DNA of 63,040 nt, filler included, from Octopus bimaculoides (lineage: Eukaryota): NCBI RefSeq assembly GCF_001194135.2. It is 7 parts of 7 records of this genome, joined end to end, with 100 filler letters (N's around TTAATTAATTAA, not from the genome) between each part and the next. Parts side by side here need not be neighbours in the genome. Positions count along the whole stretch, not along the records: positions 28,968 to 42,274 come from NC_069005.1; positions 42,375 to 55,277 come from NC_068982.1; 5 more parts are not named here. The stretch is one strand, 5' to 3'. Made by a program: the position numbers and the translations under genes. The notes under the pieces are model-generated. The model did not search any database, had not been told where the DNA came from, and saw nothing but the letters and a program-made list of their open reading frames with translations. Below are positions 37,332 through 49,885 of this stretch, piece after piece; the stretch's first letter is position 1; the number at the start of each line of letters is the position of its first letter.

Positions 37332-39895
37332 CTAAGAAAGTAAAGTACTATGTATATATATAGATGTATGCATGTGTGTGTATATATGTATGTATGTATC
37401 TATCAATAATATATATATATATGGCGAAATAAAAAATATATACATGTATATTATGCTTAAACATACAATACACACACAAAGTAACATCCATACTGACCAG
37501 TCCAGTCCAATCCACCTATCCCACATTTCACAAAATTGCCTCCATGACATAACACTTAACTGTCAGCAATTCTGGCCACTAAGTCCCTCTTGTAGAGTCA
37601 ACACACTTGTCTACCTAGTTGTAAGTAGGTATCATTGCATTTATTATAATGCTATGGCACAACATATTACTCTATTATATACACCACCTCCTACCATCTC
37701 CATTTCTATGTACCATTTTTCTAAAATTTACCAGAGAAATTCTATGTAGTCATGATATATCTATATGGTGCTGCCAGCAGCAATATATTTGCCAAGGTTT
37801 TGAACTCAACAATAACAATAACAATTTGTACTATAACAATAATAGTAAACCACTTATGCATTCCATGGAAATTTTATATTTTATTTTATGTATAAATTTA
37901 TAGAGTTTTCATAACACTGTTTCATTATGTAAAAGGTTTTGATTATAGTTTTGGTTTTGCTTAGAGATTAAGGTTGTTAACATTGTAACAATCAACCACA
38001 TGCCATGACATGAATAAAATTCTACATTCCAATGCTGAGTTCTTAAAAATCTCACAGGGATCTTTGATCAGTTTGATTACATCAATCACATTACTTAACT
38101 GAGACTGTATTTTATTGACTCAAAAAAAAAAGAAAGGAAAGAGAAAGGCAAAGTTGACCTCTGAGATTTGAGGTCACCTTTCCCTTTTATACTTTTAGGG
38201 TCAATGATTATTTCTTACTCAGGTACAAGGCCAGAAATTCCAGGGGGACGGGCAAGGAACAGTTGATCATACTGACCTTGGCAGTTGACTTATATGCAAT
38301 TTTATTGAACACAGAAATGTGAAAAACAAACTTAATGTCAACATGATTTTAAACTCAGGACATAAAGAATTGTAACTAAATCGTGTAAGGTATTTTATCT
38401 GCTGTTCTAATGCTTCTGCTCATATCAATAATGATAATTTCTAATAGAAATATAGTGGCAGGAAGCAGAGACCTGAATCAATATTTTACTGGTACTTTGT
38501 TTAATCAGGAAAAAATGTTGACCCTGGCAGGATGTGAACTTGGAATGTTAAAGTAATATAGCTAAATACCTCCTGACACTTTAATATTTCTGCCAATCCA
38601 CCCATGTATATGTCTAATTTTCTATGTATTGTCCAAACTCCAGCATCTGACCCCAACATTGAAGTTCTTCTTGGGTAACTGAGCATTTGAAATGAAATGA
38701 TAGTCACAAAATCCAAGAAAGACTATGGAAGTCGAGCATAAAATCTGGACAAAAAGTCGACTTCACTTATTTATTTTATTTCACAATTTGTAAACAAAAG
38801 TGTCATTGGTTAGAGGTTTTCAACGGAACAATCACTAGTTTGATTATATTTCTGATAATGTGTCAGATTAGAGAATCTATTATGATGCAACAATTTATTT
38901 AATTTTGTCTGTGTGCATTTCTTGCTAATGTCTATATACTATACCAATATAAAATGGCAAAGATTAAACACACACACACAAGCATACATATACACATAGC
39001 TTGTACAAAAAGCAATACAATTCAAATTTTTGTAGCCACCAATTGTATATAAAATTATTATTATACCCTTCTATTAGAGCACTGTTTTTTTAATTTGGCA
39101 GGAGGTTATATTGGTTCTAAAGAACACGTATACACACACACACACATATAAGTTCTTTATACTAAGTGGCCGGACAAAGATTGTTTCAATTTGTCATCTC
39201 TAAAATATAGGTTATGACTTAATAGTAGGAAAGGATTCTCTCGCACATCATGATCATCAACAACAACAACAGAAAAACAATCTTCTACCCATCATGATCC
39301 CAACTGAGAAAATAAACAAAGACAGATAAAAGTTGATTTTTAGCATTTGGTAATGTTAATTAAAGGAAATCATGAAGAAAAATGCATCTAAGTATCACAG
39401 TAAGAATAAAAGTCATAGGTTATGACTCAAAATCATAACTTGAGTCATACTGAAAGACCAACAGCCCTACTATCACAATGAAAGAAAACAAACCCATGAG
39501 AGAGGCTCTCAAAGGGCTTGCTAGACCTGCCAGAAAAAGCAGCCAATTTTTCTGCAAACTACACTGCAAATCTTAAAAAACAGAGATATTTGATAATGTA
39601 GTTCTAGATGCATTATGCACATATACATATAAACACAGGTTATATNNNNNNNNNNNNNNNNNNNNNNNNNNNNNNNNNNNNNNNNNNNNNNNNNNNNNNN
39701 NNNNNNNNNNNNNNNNNNNNNNNNNNNNNNNNNNNNNNNNNNNNNNNNNNNNNNNNNNNNNNNNNNNNNNNNNNNNNNNNNNNNNNNNNNNNNNNNNNNN
39801 NNNNNNNNNNNNNNNNNNNNNNNNNNNNNNNNNNNNNNNNNNNNNNNNNNTTTCCGGCTTTAATAATAAAAAAGTATATTTTATAAATAAAAAGT

Positions 39896-39945
39896 ATACT
39901 GGCCACTGGTATAAATTGTTATTTTTAATAATGTTTACCCTTAGT

Positions 39946-39992
<47 letters not shown>

Positions 39993-40081
39993 GTATATAT
40001 ATATTTATATATATATATTTATATAAGTACTAAAGGTAAAAATTATGATTAAAAATAACAATTTATACCAGTGGCCAGTAT
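39896..40081. repeat. About 55-bp inverted repeats flanking a (TA)n tract
   Basis: atactggccactggtataaattg..ttagtactt (39896-39949) versus aagtactaa..caatttataccagtggccagtat (40025-40081). Confidence 0.9.
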
Positions 40082-40596
40082 GCGTAAAAAAACGTCCAAG
40101 GACTGCAAGTTGGTTGAAGACATTTGAATTGAACACATGATGTATAATGGTGGAACTCTATACGCACGTGTGTCCTTTCATGGAGATGGTGTGTATTCAT
40201 GTTCTATTATTATGTATCCCCAGTGGATTCCACTGACAATCCACAGATAGTTGTTGAATTATTAATGGTGAAACTTCAAAGTATAGAATTGACTGGTCTT
40301 TTTATATCTTTTCATAGTGTCTTGCATGAGTACATCCGACACACCGTTAAATGAAAAGGCTTTTTTCATGGTTAGACGATTTGGAGTCTACTTTCAACAT
40401 GTAAGGAAACCACTTAGTAGCTTTCCTCCTATGTTATATATATATATAGAGAGAGAGATACATATTTTGTTGACACTATAAGAATTTATGAACTTTCAAG
40501 GGAATATGAAATAATTCACTTTTGGAGCAGTCTAATTCAGTATTATGATGGCATGTAAATATTAGGTTGAAAAACCCTTTTGAATAGAAAAAAGAA

Positions 40597-40627
<31 letters not shown>

Positions 40628-40708
40628 ATATAGATACATTAAATACATATTTATACATTGGTATGATTACTGCAATATGAAGTGAATGTGCAGTCCTATA
40701 ATATATAC

Positions 40709-40843
40709 CTGTCAAATGTTCTTTTATCATTTATTTTTTGATATTGTGCTCTGAACTTATCTTCTGGGTCATATCTTATCTTCTGGCCCAGAGTAGAAGA
40801 CATCAGAGAATTCATATCTACTTGCTGCCAGAGCTTGTTAATG
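40709..40843 (-). CDS. Candidate 135-nt phase 2-2 coding exon (INKLWQQVDMNSLMSSTLGQKIRYDPEDKFRAQYQKINDKRTFD), product not recognised
   Basis: Acceptor cttatatttcacag, donor gacag|gtatat, open frame, protein-like composition, unique sequence. Confidence 0.55.
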
Positions 40844-41209
40844 CTGTGAAATATAAGTATTTTGAGTTCTAACAACTTGTTATTGGTACTGTTATGTTTA
40901 AGCAAAATCAGCCGATTGATTGATCAACAGACACACAGACAAAAAGGAACATACTGAAATGAATACTTAAGTTTAATATTTAGATACCTCAAAATGTCAA
41001 CACTGGCAACAACAGGCCAGTAACTAAAACAGTACACACAGGTACAATTCCTGGCCTAACTCAACTGCAATAAAATGTTGATTGAAACCTTGTTTAACCA
41101 ACATATCTAATATAGTGAGAAATGGTCAAAAATTACCCAAGTTTAATGCTTGGTTTGGCTCTGATAAATCATTTGAAGATAAGAGAATAATTGGAATTGA
41201 TGAACACAC

Positions 41210-41269
41210 CAGTCAAAAAACTTATCCACAGCTGCATGGACTGGCTCCTTAGTCACAGACACCACACAA
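41210..41269 (-). CDS. Weak candidate 60-nt phase 2-2 exon (CVVSVTKEPVHAAVDKFFD)
   Basis: Short acceptor ttcttcag and non-optimal donor ctg|gtgtgt. Joins in frame to the 40843 exon. Confidence 0.22.
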
Positions 41270-41481
41270 CTGAAGAACTTCTTAGCCTCTCTGCTATTCT
41301 ATTGACTTGGTACATTTTTTTGTCTGATTTATTGTTATTTCTTTTTCTGAGCATCAACCTATTGAACACTGAAACTCTTTTTACTTGTTTGTACATATAA
41401 AATATAAGAAAATATTTAAATAAGAAAGTATGTATATAGAAAATGAAGTTATTTCATTCAACCTGGGTAGAAATATAGAAA

Positions 41482-42237
41482 AAAGAAGTTGAAAATGCAC
41501 TGGGATTTTTATTTTTAAATTTGTGAACTGGTTAAATTTGTTAACAGGTTTCACAGATTTCTCTCATTTTCAAAAGTTGAAATAGAAAGATGTGGAGTTA
41601 TATTGCAACTGTCTTACTTCTGATTGGAGTTCAAAAATTCTCTTGTTTTTAGAGAGAGAACATGGCTCAAATTAGCATGTTTTGATTGGCCGAGGATGAT
41701 CACAAGATTAGGTTTAGAAATTTGTATAATAAGTTCCCAACTATGTCTGTTTTTTAATGTCATGGAACAATATGTAAGTTAAAGCTGTTACAATTGGATC
41801 AACATGTCTAGTGACAATCCCAAACAATCAAGGCTCTCTGAATTTAATCTGTCAAATGTAGGAGAGGAAGGTCACATGATTAGCCTTAGAAATTTTTGTA
41901 GGTTCCCCACCATGTTTGTGCATTAATATCATGTGACTATCTTTTGTGCTGAAAATTAAGGCTGACAGCAAGGAACTTACAAGAATTACCAAACCTAATC
42001 AAATAATCATCATCAGCCAATTAAAATATATCCAAAACAGATACTAATTTGAGCAACGTTCTCTCTGAAAAAACAAGAGCATTTTTGAACTCCATCAGAA
42101 GTAAGACAGTTGCAGCATAACTCAACATCGTTCTATCTCAACCTTTGAAAATCAGAGAAATCTGTGAAACCTGTTAAGCCTTTAAAAATTTTTAAATAAA
42201 AAATTAAAATGAATCCCAGTGCATTTTCAATTTCTTT
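41482..42237. mobile_element. MITE/foldback-like element with imperfect TIRs of about 200 bp
   Basis: 41482-41700 is the reverse complement of 42007-42237 (ttgaaaatgcactgggatt..ttaacaggtttcacagatttctct..gcaactgtcttacttctga..gctcaaattag). No ORF. Confidence 0.85.
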
Positions 42238-42701
42238 AATATATATATATATGTATGTATGTATGATGACATATNNNNNNNNNNNNNNNNNNNNNNNNNN
42301 NNNNNNNNNNNNNNNNNNTTAATTAATTAANNNNNNNNNNNNNNNNNNNNNNNNNNNNNNNNNNNNNNNNNNNNAGCTGATGAAGTAGAATGTTCTCTAT
42401 GTGGCTTGTGTGTTTTCTCGTCTACGTTTTGTTTGCAATGTCTTGTACCCAGATATGCACCTATACATACAGGTGGATGTCGGTACGCACATACCTGTAC
42501 GTATATATGCATATACTCATTTACTATTTGTTTATATATATATGATGGAATGCATATCTTTTTACCTATTTATCTGTCTGTCTGTCTGTCTGTCTATCTG
42601 TCTGTCTTTCCGTTCTGTCAGTCTGTCTGTTTGTCTTACTAGCTACAGAAGGAAAGAGACGAGGAGTAGGCAACATAAACGGGTAGAGTGAGTGAATGAG
42701 C

Positions 42702-42794
<93 letters not shown>

Positions 42795-42969
42795 GAGAGA
42801 GAAAGGGTTAGGAGGTTGAAGAGGAGAGGTAAAAATTAGCGAAGAACATTGAGAATGGACAATAAATGATTTGAACTAATAATATTATTGGAAAAGAAAG
42901 AAACGGGTAAAAGGTAAAAGTGGAGAAGATATGACGAAAGAAAATAACCCAAGAAACAAAGAAAATAAT

Positions 42970-43170
42970 CTTTTATTATTCATTTGTTTCAGTGCTTAGA
43001 CTGCGGCCATACTGGGGCACCACTATAAAGGGTTTCAGTCGAACACATCAATCCTGGTATTTATCTCATCGGTGTCTTTAGCCGAACCCCAATTCACGGA
43101 GATGTAAACAAACCGACACCGTTTGGCAAACGGTGTGGGGAAGTACAAACTCAAGCACAAAGACAGGCAC
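42970..43170 (-). mobile_element. SINE family A, 3' half
   Basis: tttgtttcagtgcttagactgcggccatactggggcacc..gccgaacc..aaaccgacacc. Confidence 0.8.
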
Positions 43171-43479
43171 ACACACACATACGTACATATGTATGCATCT
43201 GTGTGTGTGTTGTGTGTGTGTGCGTATGTAAAAATACAAGCATGTGCAAATGATAGTGATTAATTGTTTTATTGGACAAATTTATCTAAGCTGTCGGGTT
43301 CAATAAAAGACTTGCCCTTTGATGTTCAAACTCTCAGCCTGCTGAAAATATCCATGACTGCCTCAAAATGCCTGATCGTCAAAACCAGCCATCTAACTAT
43401 TTTATTTTTGGAAGACATCACAGCTGATTACAAACTTGTATTGATAAGTCTGATTGTCAAGCTGATATAGGTCTAATTA

Positions 43480-43859
43480 GGAGGCGCAATGGCCCAGTGG
43501 TTAGGGCAGCGGACTCGCGGTCATAGGATCGCGGTTTCGATTCCCAGACCGGGTGTTGTGAGTGTTTATTGAGTGAAAACATCTAAAGCTCCACGAGGCT
43601 CCGGCAGGGGATGGTGGCGAACTCTGCTGCACTCTTTCACCACAACTTTCTCTCACTCTTACTTCCTGTATCTGTTGTGCCTATAATTCAAAGGGTCAGC
43701 CTTGTCACACTGTGTCACGCTGAATCTCCCCGAGAACTACGTTAAGGGTACACGTGTCTGTGGAGTGCTCAGCCACTTGCACGTTAATTTCACGAGCAGG
43801 CTGTTCCGTTGATCGGATCAACTGGAACCCTCGACGTCGTAAGCGACGGAGTACCAACA
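43480..43859 (+). mobile_element. Full-length tRNA-derived SINE with perfect 13-bp TSD
   Basis: A box TGGCCCAGTGG, B box GTTTCGATTCC. ATAGGTCTAATTA at 43467-43479 and 43860-43872. Confidence 0.95.
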
Positions 43860-44014
43860 ATAGGTCTAATTATCTTGTCAAATTCCACCTACCCTCCTTC
43901 ATCTCATTTACTCCTTCTCTTCCTACATTTCTCTTGAATGAATATGATTAATATTAACCGCTTACTTCAGGTTACTATAAGGGTCCTTTTTGGCGAAATT
44001 GTAAAATCAATTAC

Positions 44015-44059
44015 CATATAACTTTTCGTGGCATTCCGCGAAGTTGGTTCCGTAGTGCA
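44015..44059 (-). CDS. Candidate 45-nt exon, all three frames open (phase 2 reads ALRNQLRGMPRKVI)
   Basis: Strong acceptor tttttccttcacag, donor atg|gtaatt, CpG-containing unique patch. Confidence 0.3.
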
Positions 44060-45286
44060 CTGTGAAGGAAAAATTGCTCAGTGCAATCCTCATCATCATT
44101 ATCATCAGTACCACCAGTAATTGTCAACACGGTAACAACATGACGCAATATTCGTTATAATGGAAATCGACGAAACAATTGTAAACTTAGCAATAAACCC
44201 AATTTGCTAACTCCATCTCTTCTAGATTGGTCGGTCCGAGCACTACAGTAGAAGAAACTTGCCCAAGGTACCGCGCAATGAGACTGAATCTGAAAGTACG
44301 CGGTTGCAACCAAACAGTAATACCTTAATATGGAACATAAGAAAAAGAGGTATAAAATGGAGGAGAAAAAGGAGTAAAAAAAAAGAAAATATTGAATGTG
44401 AAAGTGAAAGTAGAGAGGTAAGAAGGGACAAAGAATATACGGAAGGAAAAAGGAAACAGATGTGTGTACGTGTGTGTATGTGTGTGTGTGTGTGTGTGCG
44501 TGNNNNNNNNNNNNNNNNNNNNNNNNNNNNNNNNNNNNNNNNNNNNNNNNNNNNNNNNNNNNNNNNNNNNNNNNNNNNNNNNNNNNNNNNNNNNNNNNNN
44601 NNNNNNNNNNNNNNNNNNNNNNNNNNNNNNNNNNNNNNNNNNNNNNNNNNNNNNNNNNNNNNNNNNNNNNNNNNNNNNNNNNNNNNNNNNNNNNNNNNNN
44701 NNNNNNNNNNNNNNNNNNNNNNNNNNNNNNNNNNNNNNNNNNNNNNNNNNNNNNNNNNNNNNNNNNNNNNNNNNNNNNNNNNNNNNNNNNNNNNNNNNNN
44801 NNNNNNNNNNNNNNNNNNNNNNNNNNNNNNNNNNNNNNNNNNNNNNNNNNNNNNNNNNNNNNNNNNNNNNNNNNNNNNNNNNNNNNNNNNNNNNNNNNNN
44901 NNNNNNNNNNNNNNNNNNNNNNNNNNNNNNNNNNNNNNNNNNNNNNNNNNNNNNNNNNNNNNNNNNNNNNNNNNNNNNNNNNNNNNNNNNNNNNNNNNNN
45001 NNNNNNNNNNNNNNNNNNNNNNNNNNNNNNNNNNNNNNNNNNNNNNNNNNNNNNNNNNNNNNNNNNNNNNNNNNNNNNNNNNNNNNNNNNNNNNNNNNNN
45101 NNNNNNNNNNNNNNNNNNNNNNNNNNNNNNNNNNNNNNNNNNNNNNNNNNNNNNNNNNNNNNNNNNNNNNNNNNNNNNNNNNNNNNNNNNNNNNNNNNNN
45201 NNNNNNNNNNNNNNNNNNNNNNNNNNNNNNNNNNNNNNNNNNNNNNNNNNNNNNNNNNNNNNNNNNNNNNNNNNNNNNNNNNNNNG

Positions 45287-45292
45287 GAATAG

Positions 45293-45350
<58 letters not shown>

Positions 45351-45356
45351 AGATAC

Positions 45357-45417
<61 letters not shown>

Positions 45418-45424
45418 AAGATAC

Positions 45425-45484
<60 letters not shown>

Positions 45485-45802
45485 GAGAGAGAGAGAGGTA
45501 GATAGAGGGAGAGAAGGAGTGGTGATTATGTTATTGACTTTAGTACTTTTTCTTTCTGTTCTTGTGATTACATAGGACAGGAGAGAGAGAGGGTGGAGAA
45601 AGAAAATGGAGAGAAAGGAGGGAGGGGAGAGAAAAAAGAGGAGGGAGAGAAAGGAAAGGGGAAAAAAGGGAGAGAGAAACAGAGATAGAGAAAGGGAGAG
45701 AGAGAGAGAGAGATTGATAGAATGAGGGAGTAAAAGAGAATTAGAGACAGTTATAGTAAAAGATAAAAGAGACAAAAGACTTAGATAAAGAGATGAAGAT
45801 AG

Positions 45803-45836
<34 letters not shown>

Positions 45837-46127
45837 ACAGACAGAGACAGAGACAGAGACAGGGAGAGAGAGAGAGAGTCTGCTAATGATGATATAAACT
45901 TATTTTGTTTATTAATTCTTGTGTTTTGCTGTTTGTTTCTTGACCTTGTTGTTCTTGTTGTCATTGGAGATGTTACTGTTGATGTAAGCATTGTATTCGT
46001 TTTCATTGTTAATCGATGTTGTTGTTTTCGATGTTGTTGCCATCGTCGTCTTCGTTGTTATTATTATTATTGTTGTTGTTGTTGTACTTAATAATATCGT
46101 TGCTGTTTTTTTTTACCGATACTGTCG

Positions 46128-46174
<47 letters not shown>

Positions 46175-47775
46175 AATATTGTTATTGCTGTTTATTATTG
46201 TTTATATTCTTTGTGTTTGTCTTTTTTTTTTCAATATCGCTTTTATTTCTGCTCTTATGTTTCCTTCGTATGTGCTTTTTTGTTTGTTTGTTTTTTTTTT
46301 GCTTGTTATTGTTCTTATTACTGTTGTCACTGGAGATCTTGATGATGCAGGCATCATATGCACTTTCCTTTTGCTTGTTGATGCTGTTGTTGTTGGTGGT
46401 GGTGGTGGTACTCTTGTTTAGAAAGTTGTGTGTGTATGTGTGTGTGTGTGTGTGTGTGTATGTGTGTGTATGTGTGNNNNNNNNNNGTGTGTGTATGTGT
46501 GTGTATGTGTGTATGTGTGTGTGTGATGCCTTCGTTGTTGCTTTCGTTGTTGTTGCTGTTGTTCAGAGGTAATGGTTGCCGATGGTACAATATTATTATT
46601 GTTTTTTGTTATTGTCATTTTTGGGTGTCGATGGCGCAACATTTCTACACGAAATTTTCTTGCCGCTGCTGCTGCTTCTGTTCAGCGCAAATGTTTTGTT
46701 TGTTGTTGTCACTGTTGTTATTGTTATTGTTATTGTTGTTATAATTCTTGTTGTTGTTGTTGTTTATCGTTGTTGCTTTTATTATTGCAACTGACGCAGG
46801 CATTGTATGTTTTTTGGTTGTTTGTTATAGTTTTATTCTTGCTGCTGTTGTTAATGCTGCATTTGCTGCTGCTCCTCTTGCTGCTGCTGGGATTTTGCGT
46901 GGGTTTAACTAACTACTGTTACTGTTGTTGTTATTGTTGTGGCTGTTGCTGTTGCGTTGGACTTCTTCTTCTTCTTCTTCTTTTTCTTCTTCTTCTTCTT
47001 CTTCTTCTTCTTCTTCCTCTAATTCTTCTTCTTCTTCTTCTTCTTCTTCTTCTTCTTCNNNNNNNNNNNNNNNNNNNNNNNNNNNNNNNNNNNNNNNNNN
47101 NNNNNNNNNNNNNNNNNNNNNNNNNNNNNNNNNNNNNNNNNNNNNNNNNNNNNNNNNNNNNNNNNNNNNNNNNNNNNNNNNNNNNNNNNNNNNNNNNNNN
47201 NNNNNNNNNNNNNNNNNNNNNNNNNNNNNNNNNNNNNNNNNNNNNNNNNNNNNNNNNNNNNNNNNNNNNNNNNNNNNNNNNNNTCCTCCTCCTCCTCCTT
47301 CTCCTTGTTGTTGCTTTTGCATTTGATAACGGTGTTTTTCTTCTTGTCCTTTTTCTTATTATTCTCTTTTTTATTACTTTCATTCATCATTATTATTATT
47401 GTTGTTATTGTTGTAGTTTGGTCATACCGATGTTGTTGGTCTTCTATTTCTTCTTATTACTGCCATTCATAACAGCAATGTGCATGCTTTTTTGTTTTGT
47501 TTTGTCTTTTTTTGCTGTTGTTCCTGTGGTCTTGTTCTTATTCTTGTTTGTAATATTATTGTTGACGATGATGTTACTGCTCTTGTTATTTACCTAATTT
47601 TATTGTGTTTGTTTTCATGATTTGCTTTTGTTGGTATTTTTGTCTTCGCTGTTGACGCTGTTACTGTACATGTTGTTGTTTTTGCTATGGATGTTTTTGT
47701 GGTTGTTGCTGTTGTTCTTCTTGTCGTTGTTATTGTTGTTGTGCCTTATACTTCTTCTTCTTCTTCTTCTTGGAT
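45287..47775. repeat. Extended compound low-complexity region (GATA, GA, GTT, TTC, TTA, CTG repeats)
   Basis: Direct reading. Confidence 0.93.
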
Positions 47776-47779
47776 TATA

Positions 47780-49400
47780 TTATAACGTCGAAGACAGCCT
47801 TGTGCGATCTGAAGGAAACTTAGCTGTCATCTTCAGCAGCCCTATATATGCAATAAAACACCGGTTATCTTCGGTTATTGATCTGCACTATATTTCGATA
47901 GTACATCTGTCTTCTTCAGGTTCAAAATGAAAAAAAAAAATGATAAACAGAAATGTGAAAATTTCAAAATTTCAACTGGATTATCCTGAGTTCCTTCCAA
48001 AACAAATTTCGCTTGTTCATAACTAGTTGAAACAAAAGAAAAAAAGAAAAAAAGAAAAGAGAAAAAGAGTCAGAGAACATTTAGTCAAAATGTTTTGCAT
48101 AAATCTGACGAAAAACTCCCCTGTCATTGTGTTCATCCTTCCATGACAACGCTAATAACTCATAAATATATTTATCTTCATGTAGTCTTGAGAACTGACA
48201 GTTTAGTGGAGTCAGAATATTTTCTGAGAATGTTTACTTGCAGGTGTTCCTCAAATTTACCGTTGTTTGATATAAACTGTTCGGCAAGTTCTGTTGAAGT
48301 ACTGTTATTGTACCTGACGTCAAACTTGTGCCCATTAAATGTTTTGTTTTAATTTGCCTGCTGTATAACCAGCATAAATCAAGTTGTACTTGATGCATTA
48401 TGCTGCATACACCAAATGGAAATCCTTACAGGTCCCGCATTATGCATAAATCATAATATTTGAGCTAGAATTTGTAGTAGAGTTGACTTATGTTGTTGCA
48501 TAGTGAACAGGGCTCACTTCTCTTGTAACTATTTTCAGGAGCCCAAGGTTCAGAAACACAAATGGGGTTTTGATTTCGTTGTCTTATATTTTTGTTACGC
48601 CACAAGGGTACAATAAGGGCATAAAGAAATATTTCTTTGAAACGAGGATATTTTTGTGAAATATGTTCGTCAATGAAATTTTAGTATCACTTAGTCGTTA
48701 AAGGAATTCAGTCATAAATTTTACTTTGGCTGCAATATTTAGGCACGTGAGTTCGACATTCATTGCTAATTTTAGCTATGTTATTTGCGATATGCTTTCG
48801 TTGTAATTCACTATAAACTTACAAGATGTAATTGTTCACTAAATCATTTGTATGTTTCAAATAATCCGTCCCTCTTTACTGTGTCTGTAAAAATCCATTT
48901 TATTTTCAAAAATTGAACTTTGGATGTGACTTAATTGTATGGTGTGTATGATCGGAGCACCAGTGAAGATAGATATGAGAAGAAACATTCATGTAAAAGA
49001 ATCGATATCTTTTATACGGGATACTTTTGATTTCGTTTCCAAAATTAATAACTTTCTGAGTGCCGAAATTGTTACGAAAATAGTTTTTTTTTTAGTAAAC
49101 ATGGATGTTTTATCACATTACCCCAGAATTGACCATGGTGACGTAATTACGCACGGACGCCTTTGAAAAGCGGTCAAACAAAAATATTTCCTCTGCAAAT
49201 TATTGAAGTTTAGGTTACAAAGCAACTCGATGAAGTTTGGACAAAAATTTTACAACCAAACAAAATGATGCACCATAGTCGCCCCATGCGGCTTTATTCA
49301 AGGTGTTCTCACTACAAGACTTTGAAGCGAACTGAAGTTTAAGGATTTTGAGTCTTATTTTATGTATATCCTAGGATATCTATGCAGTAGAAACATGTGG
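47780..49400 (-). mobile_element. Penelope-like element with 5' inversion: thumb, GIY-YIG and hammerhead-bearing 3' end on - (about 48900-47780); RT core inverted on + (about 48960-49400)
   Basis: Minus strand: PRFKEIF..RNKNIRQ, PCSLCNNI, LVYAA*CIKYNLIYAGYTAGKLKQ..NGHKFDV..STELAEQF..EDKYI. Plus strand: SFIRDTFDFVSKI..FLVNMDVLSHYPRIDHGD..NSMKFGQKFYNQ and a degenerate YIDD-like segment near 49365. Confidence 0.82.
47884..47924 (-). ncRNA. Minimal type I hammerhead ribozyme motif with intact core
   Basis: Minus strand reads TGAAC-CTGAAGA-A-GACAG-atgta-CTATC-GAAA-TATA-GTGCA. Helix I has 4/5 pairs, helix II 4/5 pairs, helix III is the palindrome ATAT, triplet AUA. It lies about 200 bp downstream of the PLE endonuclease relic. 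Confidence 0.78.
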
Positions 49401-49815
49401 GACTGAGGTTAAAGAGAGGATAAAGAGTAAAGACACCCCTTTCGGTCATGATTGACCATAGGATTGCGCCTAAAAAGTTCCTCTCCGAGGTACAAGTCCA
49501 GGCAAGGTTGCTTATGGAAGATCAGCAGTCGCCCATGCATGCCAGCCTCCCCTCTCCACGCCACCATTTCACTACCTCATGATTGTGAGCCCAACGGCTC
49601 TAACCAATAAGTCATGCGCCTTCACTAGGTTAAAGAGAATATACTGTATAAAAGCCTGTAATAAAAAATATATAAAAAGAACTATGTAGCGATGCATTAA
49701 ATGTTTATAAGCTCCATCCTAGGATTATTTTCATTATATATATATGTATATATATATATGTATACATAGAGAGAGAGAGGGAGAGAGAGAGAAAGAGATA
49801 GATAGACAGACAGAC

Positions 49816-49885
<70 letters not shown>

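Noticed and set aside
43480-43560. Functional tRNA gene
   Set aside because: The A/B boxes are the head of a SINE with a TSD, and there is no complete cloverleaf.
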